From Octopus vulgaris (Eukaryota), in assembly GCA_951406725.2 (NCBI GenBank), contig OX597822.1, positions 84,320,001-84,384,000 on the forward strand: a stretch of 64,000 nt of DNA. Reading direction: 5' to 3'. The notes beneath the pieces are model-generated. The model saw nothing but the letters and a program-made list of their open reading frames with translations. It was not told where the DNA came from and did no database searches. Below are positions 14,001 to 27,187 of this stretch, piece by piece. Both the position numbers and the translations under genes were made by a program. Each line of letters starts with the position of its first letter. Within the stretch, counting starts at the first letter, position 1.

Positions 14001-15472
14001 ATAATTAAAGAAAATAAGGCAGTTATAACCAATCTCTACTACAAGGACAAAGACACTCTCCAATATTTAGATTTTAGGTCTTACCACCCATCCCACTCTA
14101 GAAGGAACATCCCATTCAATATAGCAAGATGTATGTGTTCAATAGTTACAGACTCAACTAAATGAGAATTGACTGGTAGAATCAGATATCTTCCTTCAGA
14201 GGCAAAAATGCTCCAAAAACTTAATAAATTGTCCACTAATCAAAGCAAAAGAAATCTCAATTTCTGCCTTATGGAGAAACCCTCACAAATGAAGGTGAAA
14301 ACAAAAACATAAATGAATATTCCATTTGTAGTCACCTATCATCCTATAAACAACATCTTAAATTCAGTGAAACAGAGCCTTCCAATTCTACATAAATCAT
14401 TGAATCTCCAAAGAATTGAAGAATCACAAATCATCAACAACCCCACTGCCCCGACTGGCTCCTGTACCAGTAGCACATAAAAAGCACCATCCAAACGGGG
14501 CCGATGCCAGTGGCACATAAAAAGCACCATCCGAATGTGGCCAATGCCAGTGGCATGTAAAAAGCCTCATCCAAGCATGGCCGATACCAGTAGCACACAA
14601 AAGGCACCATCCAAACATGGTCAATGCCAGTGTCACCTGACTGGTTCCCATGCCGGTGGCACATAAAAAGCACCCACTACACTCAGAGTGGTTGCCATTG
14701 GGAAGGGCATCCAGCTATAGAAACATTGCCAGATCAGATTGGAGCCTGGTGCTGCCTTCTGGCTTACCAGTCCCCAGTCAAACTGTCCAGCCCATGCCAG
14801 CATGGAAAACGGACGTTAAACAATGATGATGATGATGATAAAAACTGCCACCAAATCTCAAAAGGCCTCTAACAAAGACAGTGTTCACATTAGAGATAGA
14901 AATAATGCTGGTAACAAATTATGGAAACACTTATGGGATGTGTGAAATAACTGAGCCAGAAACAACCAAAAGATTCAAGAATGAGAAGGAATTAAAGGTA
15001 AATGCAAGCATGAATTGCAAAGCAAAAAATCTCATCTACTGCATCACATGCCTACAATGAGTGAAAATTACATTGGAGAAACAGGATCCAAATGAACCAG
15101 CCACGTGAGAGTGCACAAACAGCAAATTAATGATTCCTCTCTATTTTGTGAACATCTAGACATTTGTGCAAATGAAAAAATTTTTTAATTTCCTTTTTAC
15201 AAAATATTTTGTAAGAATTCTAAATCTGAAACTGAATCACAAATAGTCAGCAACTTCCTTTATACGGATGATGATGAACTATGAAAGCGCTTACACACAA
15301 TACAAAAATTTCGTTCCAAAAGGTTCATGTCATTTTGTTTTTCAAAATAACTTTTTATATATATATATATATATATATAATAATAATATTAGGGAGTATA
15401 GCTCCAAACTTACAGGGAAAAATTAGATTTAGTATTAACTCAGTTGCCTAATAGTAGTTTTATCTCTAATTC

Positions 15473-15513
<41 letters not shown>

Positions 15514-18500
15514 ATGTGTGTGTATGTTGAGAAACATATCTATTTATCTATATAGATAGACTAAATATCTTGTTACATTCTCTCCTCTCTTCCAGTTGGT
15601 GTTCCTTGAAGTCAACCGATATGTGGAGTTCCATAACCAAGCTGGCACCTACTACTGTACACGTGTTCCAAAATATGGTTTTGATATGACTTACCACACT
15701 TCTCTCTGTGATTTGTTTATTGTTGGGGCCAGGTTAGTATATTAAGGAACAATTTTCCAACATTTTAGCATCAGATAATGGCATTTAGGAAAAAAAATCT
15801 TCCATCTTCTTAGGGAAAATAACAACAAATTCACAATGGAAATTATGCTTTTACTACATAAGATTGTAGAATGTGATATGGCTACTGTATTTAGCTCCCC
15901 TTCCCCCAACACACTTGATTGCCTCACTGCACACCATCAGAAAAAACATTCTTCTTAAGTGAAGAACAGCAATTGGGCCTCCAAGATGCGGTCCAAATGC
16001 TCACGACAGAGTGAACGCCACTTATTGTAGCCAAAGAGCTCTAAATCTATAAATAGTATCTAATCTTTTGGCAGAACACTTGTGTGGCATAAGTCATTTC
16101 CAGAAGCTGAAATTAAAACAAATACAAATCAAAATTCAGTTAACAAAAATTAAAATATTTCAATGAATTTTTTTATCAACTGTGCAATTTCTATTTTTAC
16201 ATCTCACAACGAGAGATATTCAGCAACAGTACTTTAGAGTAAAGATTTTTGCCAACATAACATGGCAGTCCTGGTTTAGGACTAATGTTGCTGTAATTTA
16301 ACCCCAGGAGACATCGTCCCCAGCTGGAGACGATGTCTCTTGGGGCTAAATTACAGCAACATTCGTCCTAAACCAGGCTGCCGTGTTATGTTGGCAAACA
16401 ATCTGTGCAGTTTCTGTTTAGTAATAAATTTTTTATTTTAGTTCACCATTTGTTTTTATTCATGTTTTCCCTTCCTACATTTTTTGTTGTCGAAATATCT
16501 AAATTTTTAAATTTCTTTCTCGCTTCTCCAGTTCCCAGGTTTATCGTTTAAATCTTGAGTTGGGCAGATTTATGTTACCATTCCAGACAAATTCAACGTA
16601 AGTTTTAAAAACTCTTTTACCAAACATTACCTATGTTGACCCAGCCCAACTCTATCAAGTACACCAATTCTGCCTTGCACCCCTCCCATCTGATCCACAC
16701 CCTCTTCATTATCCTACGTCTCTTTCCGTTTTAAAACAGTAGAGTGTAAGTTAAGAGAAATAGGAAGAGTTGCCTCCCTTACAATACAAAATCACTTAAT
16801 GGTTGTAAATCATATTTTATATATTTTTTGCGATCGCGAAATCTTAGGTTTAATCCCACCGTGGGGCAAATGTTTGTTGCCATATCCTTGTGAGGGAAAT
16901 TGATTTGGTAGAAACTGAAGAAGCCCAGCCTGTACGTGTATGTGTGGCTTTATCTTGACATCATGTGATACTTGGAAATAAGCATCATCATCACACAAGC
17001 AATGCTGTTCCTTGCCAGTCTTCTGTGAAAAGATGTCTGACCTTGGGGAAATATTGCCTTGCTTGAAAACAAGGGTTGGTGGCAGGAAAAGCATCCAGCC
17101 ATATAAAATCTGCTTCAATAAATTTTATCTGACCCATGCAAGCCTGGAATAGTGGACATTAAATGATGGTGATTGATATTTTAGTGGCCAGTTTGACAAT
17201 AGCAGAGGTTGGTCAACTGAGTGGATGCGGTATTGGAGCAACTTTTCTGGACAGAACATTCTATTTACCATTTCCTTGGGACACCTAGCTACCAGGTTTC
17301 TGCTTTAGATCAGTATAAAGAGTGTTAACCTGTAATAAACTAGCATCCTGTCCAAAACATTGTCCTCTCATCAACTTTGAAACCAGAATTAAGCCCTGTC
17401 CCTTAACTTCTCTTCAGAGATTGGGAGGTAGTGGTGCTTGTTTGTCTGTTTTTGTTGCTTTTCTTGTCTTTTATATTTCACAATATGATGCAGCACGGAA
17501 TTTTGTTAGTGAACAGGTCGCAGTCTCAAAGCGACAAAAATATTTTGGCAAATTAAATTTAAATGTCGAAGTGAATCTAACGGTTTTTGTGTGTTTTTAA
17601 ATGGCTTATAAACACCTTACACACTGCAATTGTTTTCGTTCCAGCACACGAACTCAGATCAGGTCACTTGCTATGCAAGTACATTTCCGTAATATGATTT
17701 CTAACATTGTGTAACAATTTAATATGCCTCAATACAAACGCAACTTTTATTTTTCTCTTCACAGAACATCAAATTGCTGTGATATGAACATGTATCATGA
17801 ACTCTTCACTTGTGGAACAAGAGAAGTAAGTGTGTTCCGTTTTTTATCTTGCATTTATTTAATCAGTTGTTTTGCATAACAATTAAAAGGACGGATATAG
17901 ACAGGTTATGACCTTTGTAGACCCAACCCCTGACACATCTTCACCACCATTTCCTCTCTCTCTCTCTCTCTCTCCTCTACAGCAAGACGCTTGATTCTCT
18001 CCCTCTATCATACTTCACCTTCTTGTCACTGGCACAAAGCCACACTGAGATGAAATTTATGCAGTCAATAATCAGCTTGAGCATCTTTAGAACAATATCT
18101 GGGCTGAATGGAATAGAATTGCAAAGGTTTGCAATTCTTTTGTGCAAGACTCATTTAGTTTTCCATTCTTCATATCAAAAACAGTCTGCATAAAGTTTGT
18201 GTAACAATGACGCTTTTATAAAACAGTGACAACTGGACATTGATGGTAGAGGATCTCGTGGTTGGTTGGTTGGGGATTGGTTCAATATGCAGTATGAATC
18301 TTTAAAACTAATAATAATAATGAGCTTAGTGTATACACTGCTCAGGTGCATAACAACTCATCAGAAAAAAAAACCAAAGGTGGGTGAACAGTAAATTCAA
18401 TAATGCACAGGTAGTGAACAGTGATCGAGTCACTAAAAAAGTTGAGTTCACCAAGTGTACAGTTGGCAAATTTTGGGAAGCATGGAAGTTTTGAAGGATA

Positions 18501-19525
18501 TAGTGTCCTGACAGCTAACGACTGATGCTGGCAGTTTATTCCATGCTTCAGCAATTCTGAGCATGAAAAAATGTTTCTGAAAGTCATGGATGTTGTGTTG
18601 TTTTTTGTTTTTTTTTGTAAGCATGTTCACGGGTGTTAAACATGTGGGGCCCAAGATTTCAAGTAAAGCAGAATGAGTTTTCAAGAAATTCCCTGTTTTA
18701 TTATAGTTTAAATTTGTCATTATGTTGGTTTCCAGATCAAATAAACCTATGATGACAAGTATCTTGTAGCTTTGAAATTTTGATGATGTGATTGTATATT
18801 TTTAGGATGGCATTGTCAGGTAGGTATGAGAGGCCAGATCTTGCCAGGTAGAATATTTGGACAGGATATGGTCAGTTTAAATACTAAAGGCTTAAGGCAG
18901 TGAGGTGTGATTTGAGGGATATTTCATTGCTATTTCTATGAATTAGTATCTCCCTTGGTGGTTCATGTTACGGACAGCCCTGCACTTATTATTAAAAAGA
19001 AAAAAATGATAATTAAATAACAACAGACATCTGACAGTCATCCACTGATGGACATTCACACAAATGGCTGAATTTTCAGACCAATCCAACCCATTCTTAC
19101 AAGGAAATTTTTTTTTTAATTTACCATTAAACAAAAATAAATAGGAAAAACAAAGGAAAACAGGGTGTCAAATTTTATTCCATTATTTTCTTATTTCAGG
19201 GTACCATTGAATGCTGGGATCCACGATCCAAGAATCGGGTTGGCTTGCTAAGCCCTAACTTTAAGGAACACATAAAGTAAGCAGGCTTCTTCTGATTTTG
19301 TTTATCGTTTATTTTTTATTTGATTCGGTCATTCAACTGCAGCCATGCTGGAGCACCACCTTGAAGGATTTTTTTTATCGAATGAATTGAACCCAGGACA
19401 TATTTTACTTTTGTTATTTTTAAGCTTGGTAATTATTCTGTTGATCTCTTTTGCTGAACCACTAGGTCATGGAGATGTCAACAAACCAATACTGATCATC
19501 AAGCAGTGGTGGGAGACAAACAAAG

Positions 19526-19557
<32 letters not shown>

Positions 19558-22500
19558 CATCATCATCATTTAATGTCTGCTTTCCATGCTGGTATGGGTT
19601 AGATGGCTTGACTGGAACTGGTAAGCTGGAGGGCTGCACTAGGTTCCAGTCTAATTTGGCAAGGTTTCTACAGCTGGATGCCCTTCCTAACACCAACCAT
19701 TCCAAAAGTGCAGTGGATGCTTTTTACATGACACCAGCATCAACCACAACTACAATTTCACTTGACGAGTCTTCTCAAGCATGACATAACACTGAAACAC
19801 ATATACGACGGGCTTCTTTCAGTTTCCATCTATCAAATCCACTCACCAAGCTTCGGTTGGCCTAAGGCTATAGTAGAAGACATTTACCCAAAGTACTATG
19901 CAGTGGGACTGAACTTGAAACCATGTGGTTGGGAAGCAAACTTCTTACCACACAGCCACATCTGCTCTTTGGTTTTTTGTGAGAAAACACCGTTCAGTAT
20001 AGAGGCTAGTATATTTATTGTTGTTGTTGTTGTCGAGCCCATGGTCAGCTCTCATTGAGTGCATCTGGGATCACCTATGATTAATAAATGTAAATAAATA
20101 CCATTGGTTGTGTGGTTAAGAAGCTCACTTTGCAACTACTTCGTTTTTGGGTTCAATCCCTCAGCATGGCAGCTTGGCAAAGTGTCTTTTGTTATAGCTC
20201 CAGACTGGCCAGTGCCTTGCAAGTGAATTTGGTACACTGAAATTGAGTGGAGATCGTTGTGTGTGTGTGTGTGTTTTTGCCTGTGTCTGTATTAGTCTGC
20301 ACATACCAGTGTTGGTTTGTTTATACCCTTGTAACTTGGTGGTTTGACAAAAGAGACTAATAGAATAAGTTATCAGACTTTAAAAAAAGTGAGTATTGGG
20401 GACGATTTGTTTGATTAAACTCTTGGAGTTGGTGCTCCAGCATGGCCACAGTCCGATGACTGAAACAAGTGACAGATAAAAAATTTTTGGCAAAAGGCAT
20501 CATCCATCATTGCCAGCCTCCTCTGGCCCCTGTGCCGGTGGCACGTAAAAAGCCCCATTTAAGTGTGGTTGTTGCCAGTGCCGCCTGACTGGCTCCCATG
20601 CCGGTGGCACATAAAAAGCACCAACTACACTCTCAGAGTGGTTATCATTAGGAAGGGCATCCAGCCATAGAAACCTTGCCAGATTGGTTTGGAGCCTAGT
20701 GCAGCCTCCCGGCTTCCCAGACCCCAGTCAAACCATCAAACCCATGCCAGAATGGAAAACAGACGTTAAACAATGATGATGATGAATTGTTAAATGAATA
20801 CAAGAAGGCATTAAGGAGGGTAGGTGAGATTAGATCTCAGGATGTTGGGCCTTACAGATGAAGATTAGGGAAAGGATGCCGTGCTAAGATCCAATCAACA
20901 CATGATGGCATGGAAATGGGAGAAAAAAGGGTTTTAAATCAGTGATGATTGTTATACTGTTGTTTAGCCCCGAGTCACTCCTGATTGAGCAGGCTTTTGA
21001 TCAAATGCATTCAGGCCATGACCATCTCATCTTATTTATCCAGGACTGCAGTTTTCATGGTGTCCTTTAATTTTTTAAGATGGAAAAGTGTAATTTGAGG
21101 AGCTTTAGCTATTATTTCTAACAAATTGTTTGACTAAGTAGAAGCTCTCTCGTTAAGTTGGTGATGATGATGGTGATAACAGTGTTGATTTATGTCATAT
21201 CATTTATGTAATATAATGAGTTGGTTATCCTTGCAATTAGAAGAGAAAAACTTCCTATTGTTAATCTACATTGTTTTAACTCTCTTTTCAGAGTCGACAG
21301 CAAACCTGCCGTAACAGCCCTTAAATATCAAGATGCTCTGAAATTTGGCGTTGGAACCAGTTCTGGTCATGTTAGTCTTCTTTGTTTACCTCAAGTGCTA
21401 TTGTTAATATGTAACCCAATAGAACCTGTCACATGGTTGGGCTGTCGGCAATGAAACTGGCAACCCCACCAAGTCTGCTTGGTAAGGAGAGTGATTTCTG
21501 TTACACACCCTGAAGGACTAAAGAACAAAACCTATCAAAAGGCAGATGACCTCATTAGGTCAACAGCCATTTTATGGCTGGGAGTAAGAAACCTGTAGTC
21601 TTTGTTTAGACATCTCTCTCTAAGAAAAGGGAAGTTCTGATGTAACTTGTGACTTCATTTGCCTCCAGTGATGTAGACAGGTTCTTTTGAGACAAATGCA
21701 TACTTCTATATTTAAGAGATGAGGAATTATGTACATTATTTACATTTGATGGATATTTGTCCTCATCTTGTTTGTTGTTAACACAACGTTTCGGCTGATA
21801 TACCCTCCAGCCTTCATCAGGTGTCTTGGGGAAATTTCGAACCTGGGTTCTCATTTCTAAGCTATTTTTCGATGTTGCTGTTGTTGTTCATGATTGTAGT
21901 TGTAGGTTATTATTTTGTATATAAACTGACACTCCATCGGTCACGATCTGATCGACAGAACACCCTGCTCATGAAATTAATGTACGAGGGTGAGTCAAAA
22001 AGTAATGCCATTTTGTTTAGGACAGATAATTACCAACCCAGGAACATGAATCATATATCAAAATGGAGCTTATTATGAGTTTATTGTTTTTCCTTTTGGC
22101 AAGAAATCGACCAGAAATGACACCTTAAGTATCCCAAAAGACAGTTGCCATGATTTTTCCAGCCGACCTTTGCATCTTGAACTTTTTCAGTGGTGGTGAC
22201 GTAGAGTGATGCCATTCCATTGACTGCCTCTTTGATTCCGGTTCATAATGATGAACCCATGTTTCATCACTTGTTACGGGCCTTCAAAAGAAGGTGTTCT
22301 TTCTTTGACTTTGTAATGAAGAATTGGCTCAAAGAACAGTCAACAGAATTTTACGGGGCAGGGATACATGCTCTCATTTGAAGGTGGAACATTGCTATTG
22401 AGAGAAACGGTGACTATGTTGAGAAGTAAGGATGTGATCCACAGAGGACCAGCTTCATTTTGATGTATGATACATGCTCCTGTGTTGGTAATTATACCTG

Positions 22501-22794
22501 TCCTAAACAAAATGACATTACTTTTTGACTCTCCCCCCACCCCCATACAAATGGCTGAGTGCTCCACAAATATACTCTTAATATCTTTCTCAAGCAGTTT
22601 TGGCATGACACAGAATGTAATAAGGCTGGCCCTTTGAATAAGAACTACAACTTATTTTTGCCAACTGAGAAAACTGGAACAACATGAAATAAAGTGTCTT
22701 GCTCAAGGACATAATATGCTGCCGGGGATTGAACTCATGGCCTTACAGTCATGAGCCAAATACCCTAACCATTAAGCCTCATGCCTTTATATAT

Positions 22795-22827
<33 letters not shown>

Positions 22828-23004
22828 CTTTATTATTAAAGCCTCAAAAATATCACAAAAACTGCTACTCAGAGTTTCACGTTTCCATTCATTGGGATAT
22901 TTAGTGATGTTTACACAGCTTTAATAATAAAGCATATTACTCTACCTCCAGTATTTGAGTACTATTTTTTGCCACCCTGTTCCACATTTATGTGCTTATT
23001 CTGC

Positions 23005-23035
<31 letters not shown>

Positions 23036-26000
23036 TCCACAATATCCTCCGCTGTAATAATTTTTTGTTTCGACCTAACACTTTGGTCCTCTCTTTACAG
23101 GTACAATTTAATGTTAATGGCTCATATCACACTTCAATAATTTCAGGTGTTATTATATGATCTTTACAGGTACAATTTAATGTTAATGGCTCATATCATG
23201 CTTCAATCATTTCAGGTGTTATTATATGATCTTTACAGGTACAATTTAATGTTAATGGCTCATATCACGCTTCAATAATTTCAGGTGTTATTATATGATC
23301 TTTACAAGTACAATTTAATGTTAATGACTCATATCACACTTCAATAATTTCAGGTGTTGTTATATGATCTTCGTTCCAACCAACCACTCTTAGTGAAAGA
23401 CCACCATTATGGTCTCCCTATCAAATCAATCTATTTCCACAACCAAGAAGATCTTGTACTTTCACTGGATGCCAAAACTCTTCGCTTCTGGAATCAACAC
23501 ACAGTAAGTTCACAGTTTGTAAATGCTGTACAGTATTTGTTGTTATTAACTCCTACCATAAGGTGGGGCACCTGGCAGAATCGTTATCACACCAGGCAAA
23601 ATGCTTAGCTGTATTTCGTCCATCTTTAAATTGAGTTCAAATTCTGTTGTGGTTGACTTTGCCTTTCATGCTTACGGGGTCATTAAGATAAGTACCAGTT
23701 GGACACTGGGGCTGATGAAATCAACTTACACCCTCCCCCGAAATTGCAGGCTTTGTGCCAAAATGTGAAATCATTAACTCCTGCTTATTTTATCATAATG
23801 ACACACACCAAGGTGTGGGAGATATTGACCCATATATGATATCGAATTCTACTATAAAACAAAAACAAATTAATTTTATTAATTAAGTGGAAAAAATCAT
23901 TTTTGAGCATGTGTCAATATTTTATGCCTTTTTATTTATTTTCTGTGTTTGTTTCTTGTTTTCAGGGTAAAGCATACACAGCTATTGAGCCAGGTGTACC
24001 CCTTACAGATTTAGCTGTCTACCCTAACTCTGGTATGGTGTTCCTAACAAATGAAGCTCCTAAAATCCGCGTCTATTTCCTACCAGTAAGCAATCACTTT
24101 CACTAAGTTCCCTCTATTTGCCTTTATGTTTTTATATATTTGTGAATGCAAGCATGGCTGTGTGGTTAAGGAGTTTACTTGCCAACTACAGGGTTTCAAG
24201 TTCAGTCCCATTGTGTGGCAGTTTGAGCAAGTGTCTTCTACTCTGACTAGATTTGGTAGACAGCAGCTGAGAGAAACCTTTCATATAATTATTATCATCA
24301 TCATCATCGTTTAACGTCTGCCTTCCATTCTGGCATGGGTTCGACGATTTGACTGAGGTCTGGAGAGCCAGCAGCTGCACCAGGCTCCAATCTGATCTGG
24401 CAATTTTTCAACAGCTGGATACCCTTCCTAATACCAACCACTCTAAGAGTGTAGTGGGTGCTTTTTGCATGCCACCAGCACAGGGGCCACTGACATCAAC
24501 CATGCTCGAATGGTACTTTTTACGTGCCACAAGCACTGGCATCAGCCTCGCTCAAATGGTACTTTTTATGTGCCACACACATACACACACACACACACAT
24601 ACATATCATTGTATCAACCATACAATCTGGTGTTGTTATACACTGCTGGCCACAATGCCCTTCCCTGCATTATTGTAGTTTCCAAATGCTGCACCCCTGG
24701 TGACTCAGTTGTCAGGGCATTATCCCCACCCCTGATCAGAAGGCTAGTCCATTTTGGAAGGGTGACCCTCTTACAACTGAGTGGACTGGATCAATGTGAA
24801 ATGAAGGGTTTTGCTCAAGAACACAATCTGCCAATGGTCTGGGAATTGAAACCATGATCTTGCTATCATGAGTGCAACACGTGTGTGTTAATGTATCTCC
24901 TTGTCGGTCATTTCCAGTATTCTACAAAAACGTGTGGCCATTGGAAAATATTACCCTTCTTGGAAACAAGCATGGTTTGGTGGCAGGAAGGGCATTATAT
25001 ATAAAACCTGCCTCAATAAACTTTATCCAACTCCTGCAAATATGGAAATGATGATGTTTATATGTTGTCCAATATGAAAGACTCGCAATTTACTGTTATT
25101 GTTTACGGTTTCTTTGCAGTCGATTGGAACCGCTCCAAAATGGTGTTCCTTTTTGGATAGTTTGACTGAAGAACTCGAAGAAAGCAAAATAGAAACAGGT
25201 AGGTTTGGCTTTAATTTTATTTTGTCTTTAGACTTTTACGTTGTTTAAAACCTCTTCAAATTCTGAAGGGTTTTTTTTCCCCTGACAATATTATACCAAT
25301 GTGTGCTTACATTGCATATCACTTTGTGTAGGCACAGTCATAGCCGTGTGGTTAGGAAGCTAGCTTTCCAGTCATATGGCCTTGGGTTCAGTCCTACTGC
25401 AAGGCCCCTTGAGCATGTGTCTTCTATAACCTTGGGCCAGCCTAAGCTTTATGAGTGGATTTGTTTGATGGCAATTGAAAGAAACCTGTTGTATGTGTGT
25501 GTGTGTGTGCACGTGTGTATTTGCCTCCAGCACCTCTATTGTCACCCAAACAGGTTGAATGTCCAGTCAACCGTGTCACATTGGGTTACAGGAAATTTCA
25601 TCGCAATCAATTTTGCCGTGGAAAAATTTGTTGTAAAAAAAAAAAACTTAGCTGTTTTCTTGAAATGGTAACTTTCTCAAGTAACCTACCAATTAGAGAA
25701 AGATAGTTCCCAAAAACTCGTTCATCTAGTTTGGTGTTCTTGTGTGCTTCCATAACAGCAAATTTTTCTACAGCAAAAGCATTTGCGGTGAATTTTCCTG
25801 ACACGCTTACATCATAGATTTCCAAACTGCTGTACCAATTCTTCTCTCCACACATTGCTACACGAATCAAAGCCTTTTCTCTAATCTCACATATTTGGTA
25901 AATATTTCAGTATATGACGACTACAAGTTTGTTACACGAAATGAACTAGAAGAGATTGGTCTATCACACTTGATTGGTTCCAAGATGTTACGTGCCTACA

Positions 26001-26784
26001 TGCATGGTTACTTTATGGACACCCGTCTCTATCATAAGGTAGGTGGAATTGCTACCATATTTTTTCTTCCTTTTTTTTTGTTTTTTTTTTTTTCAAGAAG
26101 AGGAAGAAAGAGCTTTTTCTCATATTTTACTTAAAATTAAGATTTTGCTGTTTATATCAGAACTTAGAAACCTCAAAGAGACTTAAAATAAATCTTGTGT
26201 TTTTTTGGAGAGGGCAGGGTTCAAGGGTGGAACTCAAATTAGATAAAGCTATAATAATAACATGTAAATATTGGGTTAAAATATGCCTATGAATAGAAAA
26301 ATGTCAAAAGCTGCTTGTGGGACTTGAACCCACTTCTGTAAATATGACAAGACATTGGACCAAAGCAATCCTTTAGATTTCTCCATCCATTTTAGAAGCT
26401 TTGCTCGTACCTGTCAGAGTTGTTTGTTGTTTACGTCATAAGGATTTAGAAACTTTGAGAAACATAAATTAGATCAATTTTTTTATCAGTGGGACTCAAA
26501 GTAGATCAAGAATGCAAAGGATTTGTAAAAGATGGCAAGAAAATGAGAAAGGCATGTGATTCTGCTTGGACTGAAGTGACATTGTTTATGTTCTACACAA
26601 ACAAAAAACCTGGAAGTTGGTGGTTCAGTATATGAAGACATGGAATAAAATACAATTCTTGCAAACAAGTCAGGAAGGGTACCTGGTTGAAGATTATTTC
26701 TTCAAGACATCTTGTCCAGCTCGTGTCAGGGTTGGTTCATGTTGGCAATGAGAAAGCAGTCATGAAAATGATAATGGTGATTAT

Positions 26785-26818
<34 letters not shown>

Positions 26819-27148
26819 TCATCATCGTTTAACATCCATTTTCCATGCTAGCATGGGTTGGACAATTCGACACCGGATAAATGGATGACCTAGTACTTGA
26901 GTTTCAGGCTTTCCAAAATATGTTTGTTATTGTAACTTTGGTTAACCTTCATCAGCTAGATTCACTGAAGACGAAATGCCCACACACATCTTTGCCAGCT
27001 TTACATAGTGTTGTACAGTTTTCGACTACTATATCCAGCAAACATTGGTGCCTTGTTGTGCCATGGTTTCCTATTCTAATATATATATATCTTATAGGCA
27101 TGCAGTCCATGGAAGCAAGGAAAGCAATACTTCCCTTAAAAATTATGG

Positions 27149-27187
<39 letters not shown>

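Noticed and set aside
23092-23371. Regular repeats resembling a CRISPR array (also 2940-3420, 36800-37110)
   Set aside because: No unique spacers, eukaryotic intronic context, no cas genes
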